A stretch of 64,000 nucleotides of DNA, taken from positions 704,001 through 768,000 of the forward strand of contig CBDCOX010000002.1 of assembly GCA_965219995.1 (NCBI GenBank), read 5' to 3'. A program made the position numbers and the translations under genes. The stretch comes from Candidatus Latescibacterota bacterium (lineage in GTDB: Bacteria; Latescibacterota; UBA2968; GCA-2709665). Positions within the stretch are counted from its first letter, which is position 1; every line of letters starts with the position of its first letter. The notes beneath the pieces were generated by a model. That model ran no database searches, was not told the DNA's origin, and saw only the letters and a list, made by a program, of their open reading frames with translations. Positions 55,742 through 64,000 of this stretch are shown here, in pieces.

Positions 55742-56971
55742 ATGGTCCGGCTTCTGCTCCTCCTTCCGACAACGACCTATCGCACGCACGACTTCATGGC
55801 GGCGGCTGATGCGCTCGAGGTCGCCGTGGTCGTGGGCTCAGAACGCCGGCAGGCGCTTGCCGCTGAGACACCCGGGAGCACGCTGGTACTGGATTTCGCA
55901 AGGCCGGCCGCGTCGGTCGACAGGATTGTCGCCTTTGACAGGGAATACCCGGTCCGGACGGTGGTCGGGGTAGACGACGAGACCGTCGTGCTCGCCGCGA
56001 TGGCCTGCAGGGCGCTCGGACTTCCGCACAACTCGGTGGCGTCCGTCCGTGCATCCCGATACAAACACATCATGCGCCGCATGCTTGCGGAAAAAGGCCT
56101 GCCCTCGCCCGGGTTCAGGCTTTTTTCGTGTTCGGAAAGTCCGGAAGCCGCCGCCGCGACGGCCGACTACCCGTGCGTACTGAAACCCGTGTTTCTTTCT
56201 GCCAGCCGGGGTGTGGTCCGCGCGGATGACGAGGCGGAATTCGTGGCGGCGTTCCGCCGTATTGCAAAAATGATTTCGGGGTCTGCGCACGACACGGCGG
56301 AAGGCGGAGATTGTATTCTCGCGGAAGACTACATTCCCGGCCGGGAGGTGGCGCTGGAAGGATTGCTGGTCGAGGGAGAGTTGCAGACCCTGGCGCTGTT
56401 CGACAAGCCGGATCCCCTGCGCGGTCCGTATTTCGCCGAGACGCTGTATATCACGCCCTCGCGGCTGGCCGAATGTATCCAGGCGCAGATACGTGAAACC
56501 ACGCAGCAGGCCGCACGGGCTCTAGGGCTGAGCGTAGGGCCCGTGCACGCGGAACTTCGCCTGAACCGACGCGGTATCTACGTGGTGGAAATCGCCGCGC
56601 GGTCCATCGGCGGGCTGTGTTCGCGCGTCTTGTGCTTTGACGCCGGCGCCTCGCTCGAGGAGCTGATTCTGCGCCAGGCGAGCGGGTTGCCTCCCGGCGA
56701 CTTGCGGATGGAAGACGGCGCGGGCGGCGTAATGATGCTGCCGGTGCCGAAACGGGGCGTTCTGAGGTACGTGCGGGGCACGGCAGCGTCACGGCGCGTG
56801 CCCGGTATCAGCGACGTCGCGGTCACGGTTCCTTTGGGTCGGCGTGTACTGCCGCTGCCCGAGGGAGACCGTTACCTGGGGTTCATCTTCGCACGCGCGA
56901 AGACGCCCGCGGCCGTGGAAGCGGCGCTCAGGGAGGCCGGGGGTCTGCTCGATATCGGGATTGAGGCGTAG
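55742..56971 (+). CDS. ATP-grasp ligase (L-amino acid ligase-like, with C-terminal LAL_C2-type domain)
   Basis: YPCVLKP..LSASRGV, AEDYIPGREVALEG, FDKPDPL.GPYF.ET.Y.TPS, HAELR, EIAARSIGG, YLGFIFA. Confidence 0.85.
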   Translation: MVRLLLLLPTTTYRTHDFMAAADALEVAVVVGSERRQALAAETPGSTLVLDFARPAASVDRIVAFDREYPVRTVVGVDDETVVLAAMACRALGLPHNSVASVRASRYKHIMRRMLAEKGLPSPGFRLFSCSESPEAAAATADYPCVLKPVFLSASRGVVRADDEAEFVAAFRRIAKMISGSAHDTAEGGDCILAEDYIPGREVALEGLLVEGELQTLALFDKPDPLRGPYFAETLYITPSRLAECIQAQIRETTQQAARALGLSVGPVHAELRLNRRGIYVVEIAARSIGGLCSRVLCFDAGASLEELILRQASGLPPGDLRMEDGAGGVMMLPVPKRGVLRYVRGTAASRRVPGISDVAVTVPLGRRVLPLPEGDRYLGFIFARAKTPAAVEAALREAGGLLDIGIEA

Positions 56972-57017
56972 AAAGTCCGCAAACCGGCTGTCGCTCGGGT
57001 TTTCCTCTGCGGTGCCT

Positions 57018-57056
57018 CGGATTACACAAGAGCAAACTGCTCTTCGGTGGGCTCCG
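57018..57056 (-). promoter_or_regulatory. Putative bacterial SECIS element
   Basis: Directly after the in-frame UGA: CGGA-GCC-CAC-CG-AAGAGCA-GUU-UGCUCUU-GUG-UAA-UCCG; perfect 7-bp upper stem, loop G 21 nt after the UGA. Confidence 0.7.
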
Positions 57057-58449
57057 CTCAGCAGTACCAGGGTTCGGTGAGGCGGGGAACGGGCCGGAGG
57101 GGCGGGTCGAGATCCGGAATTCGAACGGAAGTCGGTCGATCCAGCCGCGTGTCGACAGTCGAGCGGATCCGGTGAAAGATCCGGCGCCGGGTGGCGTCCC
57201 GATTCTGGAGCCGCGTGACCAACAGGGTGAGTTCGCGCTGAAGCCGGTCCAGACGGGCATCGGGATGGGTCCACGGGTACGTCAGGTCTTCGTCTGAAAA
57301 CGGCCCGACCAGGCCCCGGACGCGGGCGAGTTCCAGCAGTCTCGATCCTCGGGGAATGAGAAGCCGGATGGTCAGCTGCACCGGGGATACGTTTTCAATC
57401 AGGTCCAGTTCGGCGAGGGTATCAAGGAAACCGGCGTACTGATCCGCGGTGGTCCAGGGTGTGAAGGGGATGAACGTGGGGTTCAAGATCAGGCCGTACC
57501 GGCGGAAGAGTCGTACGACCCGGATGAAGTCGTCGGCCGTATGGCCCTTGTCCATCAGCGTGAGGACGCCGTCGTCGAGTGACTCCACGGCGGTCGTAAC
57601 AATGGCGCACCCGGTATCCCGCAGTACTGGAAGAAAACGGCGGTATTTCAGGAGGTGTTCGATCTTGACGGTAATATCGTACGTCAACTCGGGAAATCTC
57701 GCGTGGAGTTTCTGAATCAGGGGTACCGCGTGTCCGATTCCGTTGAAAAAGTCGGGATCGCCGAACGTGATGTGTGTAGCCCCGGCGTCAACCTGTTTCG
57801 CGACGTCGTCCAGTACGACGTCCGCCTGCACGATGCGGAATCTGCCGTTGTATACGGGAACCACCGGGCAATGGCGGCAAAGGTGCTTGCAGCCCCGGCT
57901 GGCCTCCGTATATCCCACGGTCTTTTCCTGTCCGGCGCCCGTGGAGAGCCGTGCGTATTTTGAAAGGTCCGGCAGACCCTTTCGGTCGGGCGGAAGAAAC
58001 TGCTGTCTGCCCAGGAAAACAACGGGTTCGGACCGGCGGTGCGGGTTCTCCGGGTTCCCCCTCAGCCTGTTGCAGAGACGGAGCAGGCCCGTTTCGAATT
58101 CCCCGCCGAGGACCGTCTGCGCGCCCAGACCGCGCAGGTATGATTCATTGACCGGCGCGTACAGACCGTAGAAGCACAGGTGGGCGCTGGCGTTCAGGCC
58201 ACGTACCTTCCCCACCAGGGGTACGGCCAGCCGCGTGGCGGTATGCATCGGGACGTAGAACGCCACCAGGTCGGCGGAACGCACGGCCTCGTGCGGAAAA
58301 CCGTCGATCGAGACGTCCGCGAGAACGACGTCCATTCCATGTGCCCGCAACCATGCGGCCGGCGATGCCAGACCGAATGGCTGACGCCCGAGTTCGTATG
58401 TCGAAACGAGTACGATCCGAAACGGAGATGTCCGGACTGTTGTTTGCAT
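57022..58449 (-). CDS. CUAEP-tail radical SAM selenoprotein (B12-binding-like N-terminus; Sec at UGA 57058-57060)
   Basis: STYELGRQPFGLAS, CKHLCRHC (CxxxCxxC), TFGDPDF; C-terminus PRLTEPWYC-TGA-GCG GAG CCC ACC GAA GAG CAG TTT GCT CTT GTG-TAA = WYCUAEPTEEQFALV*. Confidence 0.88.
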
Positions 58450-58473
58450 GACCTTTTCGAATGCCCGAAAACG

Positions 58474-58515
58474 CAACGGCAGACGCGAGGGGAGACCCCC
58501 GGTCGTCTGCCGTTG
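58474..58515 (-). terminator. Strong hairpin between nfuA and the radical SAM gene (terminator or transcript-stabilising stem)
   Basis: CAACGGCAGACG...GGGG-AGA-CCCC...CGTCTGCCGTTG, 12-bp perfect outer stem; only a weak U-tract (CGUUUU) on the - strand. Confidence 0.5.
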
Positions 58516-58529
58516 TATTTCCTCCGGTG

Positions 58530-59114
58530 TTATTTTGAGGACTGGTAGTACGGGTTTTCGCCGTCCGCGTGCTCGGTAATGTCGAGAATCTCGTCAATTT
58601 CGGGCACGGCCTCCTTAATCAGCACCTCGACACCCTGCTTGAGTGTCACATCGACCATGCCGCAGCCCTGGCATCCGCCCCCGAACTGAATGTATGCTTT
58701 GTTGTCCTTCACGTCCACCAGAGAGATGTTGCCGCCGTGCATCGCGACGCTGGGATTGATTTTCTCGTCGATGATGTTCTGGATCTTCTCCGCGGCGGTT
58801 CCCTTAAGGTGCGGCGGCACCTTGTTGGGATTCTCGATTTTGAAGCCGCGTCCCATCAGGCTGTCCACAAAGTCCAGCGTGATGTCCTGTGCGTACGGGG
58901 CGCTTTCCGGGTCGACGTAGATATTGAATCCGTCGAATGGCGTGACCTCGTCCGCCTCCTCTTCCTGTCCGTGGGCAACAAACGCGAGGCGGTAGTTGGC
59001 CTGCAGCGGCGACACCGCTTCCGCCTTGACACGAACGCCAACGATGGCCGATTCCTGGTTCCGAATCAGGTTGACGACCTCCTTCTGCGCGGCTTCTGTA
59101 ACCGTGATGTTCAT
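58530..59114 (-). CDS. nfuA: Fe-S cluster biogenesis protein NfuA (degenerate A-type domain plus Nfu domain)
   Basis: ITVTEAA, GFKIENPN, INPSVAMHGG, GGGCQGC, TLKQGVE, DITEHADGENPYY. Confidence 0.9.
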   Translation of the reverse strand: MNITVTEAAQKEVVNLIRNQESAIVGVRVKAEAVSPLQANYRLAFVAHGQEEEADEVTPFDGFNIYVDPESAPYAQDITLDFVDSLMGRGFKIENPNKVPPHLKGTAAEKIQNIIDEKINPSVAMHGGNISLVDVKDNKAYIQFGGGCQGCGMVDVTLKQGVEVLIKEAVPEIDEILDITEHADGENPYYQSSK

Positions 59115-59154
59115 ATCGGCCCTCCCCTCAGAGAGATGTGCGTTGCCAGGGTGG

Positions 59155-59649
59155 TCAGGATTCCAATGCCACTGTTGGCTTCGCAGGATGTTCCCGGTCG
59201 ATTTTTTCCTGGATCTTCATCAGCGCGGACAGCAGATCCTCGGGGCGGGGCGGACAGCCGGGCACATAGATATCCACCGGCAGGAACTGATCGACGCCCT
59301 GCACCAGGGTATACGTATTGAATACGCCCCCTGACGATGCACATGCGCCCATCGAAATCACCCATTTCGGATCCGGCATCTGATCGTAGATTTTCTTGAG
59401 TACCGGCATCATCTTGATCGAAATCCGTCCGGATACAATGAGCAGATCGGACTGACGGGGCGAAAACCGAACCGCTTCGGCGCCGAACCGGGCCATGTCG
59501 AAGCGCCCCGAGAGCGTGGCCATCATTTCGATGGCGCAGCAGGCCGTGCCGAACGGCATCGGCCAGAGGGATGACTTGCGCGCCCAGTTTATCATCTTGG
59601 ACAGTGTGGTCGTGATAACATTGTCCCCGAGTCCCGTCTCAAGTCCCAT
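59155..59649 (-). CDS. nuoB: NADH-quinone oxidoreductase subunit B-like Fe-S protein (stand-alone)
   Basis: [57 protein letters not shown]; all four N2-cluster Cys present. Confidence 0.92.
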   Translation of the reverse strand: MGLETGLGDNVITTTLSKMINWARKSSLWPMPFGTACCAIEMMATLSGRFDMARFGAEAVRFSPRQSDLLIVSGRISIKMMPVLKKIYDQMPDPKWVISMGACASSGGVFNTYTLVQGVDQFLPVDIYVPGCPPRPEDLLSALMKIQEKIDREHPAKPTVALES

Positions 59650-59753
59650 CGATCACCTCTGGCAGAATGGATGGATTCGTTACTTTTGGTTACCTTCGGC
59701 GGCATTTCGCCGCCGGCAATCCGTCCGCCTGGCCCAAAAAACCGGGCAGGCTG

Positions 59754-60233
59754 TCAGTCCGTTACCTGAATCAGTTCCTTTGTCACGTGCTGCAGACACG
59801 CATCCGTGGCCTGCTCGTCTCCCAGCAGGTCATTCAGGGTAACGCGGCTCAGCAGCTGATCGATCACGGACTGTACGGAGGTCCAGAGCGACCGGATCGA
59901 ACAGTCGACGGAGTGCGTGCACAATGCTTCTTGGCCGGCGTGTTCGTCGCAGAATTCCGGACTGAAGAGGCGACCGCCGAGCGCCGCCAGTACATCGCCA
60001 ACCACAACCAGGTCGGCCGGCTGCGCGAGTACGTACCCTCCCGACTGACCTCGAACGCTCTCCACGAATCCCCCGAGGCGCAGGAGGCGCATCAGCTTTG
60101 CGACATTGGGGACGGAAAGTCCCTCAATCTGGCTGATCTCCGAAATGGAGAGGCCGCCGCCGGTTTCTCTCTGCCGCCGGCCGATCTGAAGCAGGCACCG
60201 AAGCCCGTATTCTTCCCCAGCGCTCAATTTCAT
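59754..60233 (-). CDS. Rrf2-family transcriptional regulator (IscR/SufR-like)
   Basis: EYGLRCL, SVRGQSGGYVL, C-x9-C-x5-C (FCDEHAGQEALCTHSVDC). Confidence 0.88.
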   Translation of the reverse strand: MKLSAGEEYGLRCLLQIGRRQRETGGGLSISEISQIEGLSVPNVAKLMRLLRLGGFVESVRGQSGGYVLAQPADLVVVGDVLAALGGRLFSPEFCDEHAGQEALCTHSVDCSIRSLWTSVQSVIDQLLSRVTLNDLLGDEQATDACLQHVTKELIQVTD

Positions 60234-60376
60234 GGCGCTATCGAATTCCTCTGTACGGGTTGGAGGTCTGGATCATTCCATCCGCCCGGTCAACGGTCGC
60301 ACGAATTTCCCAACGCCGCGTGTCCGGAATCCGTACTCCCGGCGGACGCCTGTTACCGCCGGACGCTGAAACACGG

Positions 60377-60880
60377 CTATAGCAGTCCCAGTTCGAGCCT
60401 TGCGGCTTCGGACATCATCTCCGGGTTCCAAGGCGGGTCGAAGGTCAGGTCCAGGTTGACGTCCCGGACGCCGTCGACCGATCGGGTGGCGCTTTCTACC
60501 TGTCCGGGAAGGATTCCCGCGGCCGGACAGGCGGGGGAGGTGAGGGTCATGCGGACGTACGTCATCCCGGAGGGTTCGACCTTGATGTCGTAAATGAGGC
60601 CGATGTCGTAGATGTTGACAGGAATCTCCGGGTCGAATACCGTACGATGGGCGGCGATGATGTTCTCCCTTACGGCCTCGGTGTCTACCGGGCCGTCGGA
60701 TTCGGCCGTATCGGCCGTTGCCTGCCGTTCTTCCGCGCGTCCGGCGGCGTGCGCTTCCAGGGCGCTTGTGTCGACGGGAGTCGCATTGTCTTTCGCGCCT
60801 GCGTCCGGTACGCCTTCTCGAGCCGCATCCTCGTCTTCCCTGTCGTTACTGTACAGACGGTTCAGCAATCGGTCGAGCAA
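60377..60880 (-). CDS. sufT: SufT/DUF59 Fe-S assembly protein with acidic N-terminal extension
   Basis: VFDPEIPVNIYDIGLIY, MTLTSPACP, FDPPW...MSEAARLELG; TTG start after GAGGAGG. Confidence 0.88.
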   Translation of the reverse strand: MLDRLLNRLYSNDREDEDAAREGVPDAGAKDNATPVDTSALEAHAAGRAEERQATADTAESDGPVDTEAVRENIIAAHRTVFDPEIPVNIYDIGLIYDIKVEPSGMTYVRMTLTSPACPAAGILPGQVESATRSVDGVRDVNLDLTFDPPWNPEMMSEAARLELGLL

Positions 60881-60903
60881 AGCGAATTCCTCCTCATCTT
60901 CGA

Positions 60904-61356
60904 CTACTCGGTGGTTACCGGCCGGCTGCTGTTTTCAAGCGCGGCCAGAAGGGTGTGCCAGGCGAGGGTTGCGCATTTGATGCGCACGGGAAATTCGCGC
61001 ACCCCGGTAAAGACGGCCAGTTTCCCGATACCGTCCGTATCGGGCGGGGACGAAACATCGCTGGTCACCAGGTCGTGGAACTTGCCGAAGAGCGACTCCG
61101 CTTCCCGCAGTGTCCGGCCCTTGACCGCGTCGGTCATCAGGGAAGCCGACGCCTTCGAAATGGCGCATCCGGCGCCCTGAAAGGCGATATCCGCGATCCG
61201 GTCGCCCTCGAATTTGACATAGACGTTCAGGTGATCGCCGCACAGCGGATTGTGACCTTCGGATTCCCTGTCCGGATCGACCATGACCCGGAAGTTCCGC
61301 GGACTCTTGTTATGGTCCAGGATGACCTGCTGGTAGAGTTCCCGTAGGTCGGACAT
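60904..61356 (-). CDS. sufU: SufU sulfur-transfer protein (NifU-like)
   Basis: LYQQVILDH..SPRN, NPLCGD, GCAISKAS, FPVRIKCA.LAWH. Confidence 0.92.
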   Translation of the reverse strand: MSDLRELYQQVILDHNKSPRNFRVMVDPDRESEGHNPLCGDHLNVYVKFEGDRIADIAFQGAGCAISKASASLMTDAVKGRTLREAESLFGKFHDLVTSDVSSPPDTDGIGKLAVFTGVREFPVRIKCATLAWHTLLAALENSSRPVTTE

Positions 61357-62636
61357 CAGCGGAATACCTCACTGGCCGTATGCAGGGCACTTACAAGCGT
61401 GTCGATGTCTTCGCGCGTATTGTAGAACGCGGTGGCCGCCCGCGTCGTTGCGGGGATGTTGAAATGGCGCATGACGGGCTGGGCGCAGTGGTGTCCGGCG
61501 CGGACCGCCACGCCCTGCTGGTCTACGATGGTGCCGACGTCGTGCGGGTGGAGGCCATCCATTACAAAGGAAATGACGCTGACCTTCTCTTCCGCCGTGC
61601 CGATGATACTCAGATCGGCAATCTCGGAAAGGGCGTCCGTAGCGTAGGCGAGCAGGTCGTTCTCGTATGCGGCGGCGGCTTCCAGGTCGACACGGTTCAG
61701 GTAGTCGATGGCGGCGCCCAGGCCGATACAACCGGCAATATGGGGCGTGCCCGCCTCGAAGCGGGCTGGAGGATCGGCATAGGTGGTCTTGTCGAATGAA
61801 ACCTCGCGAATCATCCCGCCGCCGCCCCGGTAGGGCGGCATCGAGTCCAGCAGTTCGCTTCTTCCGTACAGGACTCCGATGCCGGTCGGCCCGTAGAGCT
61901 TGTGCCCCGAAAATGCGTAAAAATCGCATCCCAGCTCCTGAACGTCCACCTTGAAGTGGGGGACCGCCTGGGCTCCGTCCAGCAGAACGGGGATTCCCCG
62001 TTCTCGTGCGAGCTCTACGATGGCGGAGACGGGATTGCGGGTGCCGAGGACGTTCGACACGTGAACGACAGCGACGAGCTTCGTGCGCTCGTTCAGCCGC
62101 CGTTCGTACTCTTCAATCAGCAACTCTCCCCGCTCGTTCATGGGAATCACGCGCATTCTTGCGCCTTTTTCCTCGCAGAGCATCTGCCACGGCACGATAT
62201 TCGAGTGGTGCTCCATGGCGGACACGAGAATTTCGTCTCCCGAATCCACGTGCTTGCGTCCGAACGTCTGCGCGACCAGATTGATGCTGTCCGTCGTACC
62301 GCCGGTGAATACGATTTCCCGGTCGTGGGCCGCGTTCAGAAACTGACGGACCTTGCCTCGCGCGCCCTCGTAGGAATCCGTTGCAACCTGGCTGAGATGA
62401 TGGACCCCGCGATGCACGTTGGCATTTGCCGCTTCGTAGAAGACTTCGAGGACGTCGAGTACATCCCTGGGCTTCTGGGTTGTCGCGGCATTGTCAAGGT
62501 AGACCAGCGGTTTACCCCGTACGGATTGACCCAGAACCGGAAAATCCCGACGGATACGGTAGGGATCGAATGGCCCCGCACGCTCGACGAGCGGGCATGA
62601 GAGCCTTTCGGCGAGGGCATGTGCGGACGGGCTCAT
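61356..62636 (-). CDS. sufS: Cysteine desulfurase SufS
   Basis: YLDNAATTQKP, NVHRGVH, EHHSNIVPW, FSGHKLYGPTGIG, RAGHHCAQP. Confidence 0.95.
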   Translation of the reverse strand: MSPSAHALAERLSCPLVERAGPFDPYRIRRDFPVLGQSVRGKPLVYLDNAATTQKPRDVLDVLEVFYEAANANVHRGVHHLSQVATDSYEGARGKVRQFLNAAHDREIVFTGGTTDSINLVAQTFGRKHVDSGDEILVSAMEHHSNIVPWQMLCEEKGARMRVIPMNERGELLIEEYERRLNERTKLVAVVHVSNVLGTRNPVSAIVELARERGIPVLLDGAQAVPHFKVDVQELGCDFYAFSGHKLYGPTGIGVLYGRSELLDSMPPYRGGGGMIREVSFDKTTYADPPARFEAGTPHIAGCIGLGAAIDYLNRVDLEAAAAYENDLLAYATDALSEIADLSIIGTAEEKVSVISFVMDGLHPHDVGTIVDQQGVAVRAGHHCAQPVMRHFNIPATTRAATAFYNTREDIDTLVSALHTASEVFR

Positions 62637-63958
62637 GGCAGATTCCCGGTGTCTCGCGCCCGTTCGAATTTTTCCATGACAATCCGTTCCAGATAGCTTC
62701 GAACGGGTTCGGGCTTGACTCTGTTCAGGATGTCGATCGCGAATGCGTGCACCAGAATACGCTGTGCCGTGCCATAATTCAACCCGCGCGAGCGCAGGTA
62801 GAAGACCGCGTTCCGGTCGAGCTGTCCGATGGTCGCACCGTGTGAGCACTTGACCTGATCGGCGTAGATTTCGAGTTGAGGCTTGGTGTTGATGTCCGCA
62901 TCGTCGGAGATGAGCAGGCTCTGGTTGCTCTGGTAGGCGTCGGTCTCCTGCGCTTTCCGGTGAACGTGAATCTTGCCGCGGAACACGCCGCTGGACCGGC
63001 CGCCGAGGATTCCCTTGTATAGTTCGTGGCTGTTGCAACTCGGTTCGGCGTGTTCGATCAGGGTATGATTGTCGATATGCTGCTCGCTGTCGGTCAGATA
63101 GAATCCGTTGACCGTGGCTTCACCGGCTTCACCGGCCAGCAGCGCGTTGACTTCGTTACGCACCAGTTTGCCGCCGAGAGAAATGGCGTGCGTTGAGAGG
63201 TCGCTCCGCGCGCCCTGCCGGCATTGCATGGTGGCGATATGAAACGCCTCCGGGCTCTCAAGTTCCAGCTTGTAGTGGTCCACCACGGCACTGTCGCCTG
63301 CGATGACTTCCGAAACGGCGTTGGTGAAATAGGCGCCGCCGCCGGTATAGGTTTCGACAATCGTGGCCTGGCTGTTTTCTTCGGCCAGGACCAGCATGCG
63401 GGGGTGCGAGATGGAAGCCGCGTCTGAAACCGATGAAACGAAAATCACGTGAATGGGCGCTTCCACGGCGGTGCCCCGAGGGATGTAAATAAAGGCGCCG
63501 TCCTGAAGGAATGCGGTATTGAGGGCGACGAAAGGACGCTCTTCGAAGGCGGCGTGCCGCGCGATATGGTCTTCAACCCATTCGGGTTCGGTTGCCAATA
63601 GCTCCGCAAGGCTACCGGCGCGTACGCCGTCGGGAAGATCTCCCGTCCGTGAGTTTTCGGCGCTGAAGAAGCCGTTGATGAAAACCAGGCGCGACGTCGC
63701 CAGATCCTCGATGGCGTCTTCCGTTTTCCAGACCCGATGTGCATCGGCGCCCGTCGACGTGCGAAACGAAGTGCGGACGAGCGATGCGACATTCGTGTGA
63801 AACCAGGCTTCGTCTCTCGTGCCCGGAAACCCGAGTTCCTCGAATCGTCTGATTGCCGACCTGCGAAGTTCGTTCAGGGGTGCCGCGGATCGGCCGTTCA
63901 GGCTCTCTTCAAGTGTGGCGAATGCCGTCAGGTAGGCGTGCATGCCCGTGTTGACCAT
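62633..63958 (-). CDS. sufD: Fe-S cluster assembly protein SufD
   Basis: P..RDEAW..T, ALNTAF, HIDNHT, KPQLEIYADQVKCSHGAT, FYLRSRG; GGAGG RBS. Confidence 0.93.
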   Translation of the reverse strand: MVNTGMHAYLTAFATLEESLNGRSAAPLNELRRSAIRRFEELGFPGTRDEAWFHTNVASLVRTSFRTSTGADAHRVWKTEDAIEDLATSRLVFINGFFSAENSRTGDLPDGVRAGSLAELLATEPEWVEDHIARHAAFEERPFVALNTAFLQDGAFIYIPRGTAVEAPIHVIFVSSVSDAASISHPRMLVLAEENSQATIVETYTGGGAYFTNAVSEVIAGDSAVVDHYKLELESPEAFHIATMQCRQGARSDLSTHAISLGGKLVRNEVNALLAGEAGEATVNGFYLTDSEQHIDNHTLIEHAEPSCNSHELYKGILGGRSSGVFRGKIHVHRKAQETDAYQSNQSLLISDDADINTKPQLEIYADQVKCSHGATIGQLDRNAVFYLRSRGLNYGTAQRILVHAFAIDILNRVKPEPVRSYLERIVMEKFERARDTGNLP

Positions 63959-64000
63959 GGTGCGGCTTCCTCCCTTAATCATCGGCGAGTCGGACCGTCG

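Noticed and set aside
63959-64000. Probable 3' end of the upstream suf gene (sufC or sufB)
   Set aside because: Only a few codons are visible, so neither frame nor identity can be supported.

Overview
GC-rich bacterial chromosomal window with about 60 CDS. I saw no rRNA, tRNA, CRISPR array, IS or prophage. The gene content (TonB, three DUF6785/DUF6784-type membrane proteins, a dockerin/EF-hand-tailed secreted protein, Kelch and TPR proteins, many Gfo/Idh/MocA, amidohydrolase and xylose-isomerase-like enzymes) suggests a diderm heterotroph such as Latescibacterota/Gemmatimonadota/Poribacteria; this is inference only. Main blocks in order: sigma-54 activator and thrC; hpnCDE squalene genes with divergent cobO; a vapBC toxin-antitoxin pair; a ~20 kb co-oriented catabolic run (heparinase II/III-like, divergent ComA, atypical M14 protein, epimerase, two tandem transporter-like paralogs, dehydrogenases, amidohydrolases); tonB with a structured 5' leader; a split NitT/TauT ABC system led by a LecA-like lectin gene; a GGT-like/AspC/DUF3604/SDR/GNAT run; pgm; ytfI/ytfJ-like genes plus an ATP-grasp ligase; and a suf operon. 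The strongest signal is missed by the ORF track. The radical SAM gene annotated as ending at 57058 very likely reads through UGA as selenocysteine (...WYC-U-AEPTEEQFALV*), with a SECIS-like hairpin directly after the UGA. It sits tail-to-tail with the ATP-grasp ligase and directly downstream of a suf-rrf2-nuoB-nfuA operon that carries an orphan complex I NuoB subunit.
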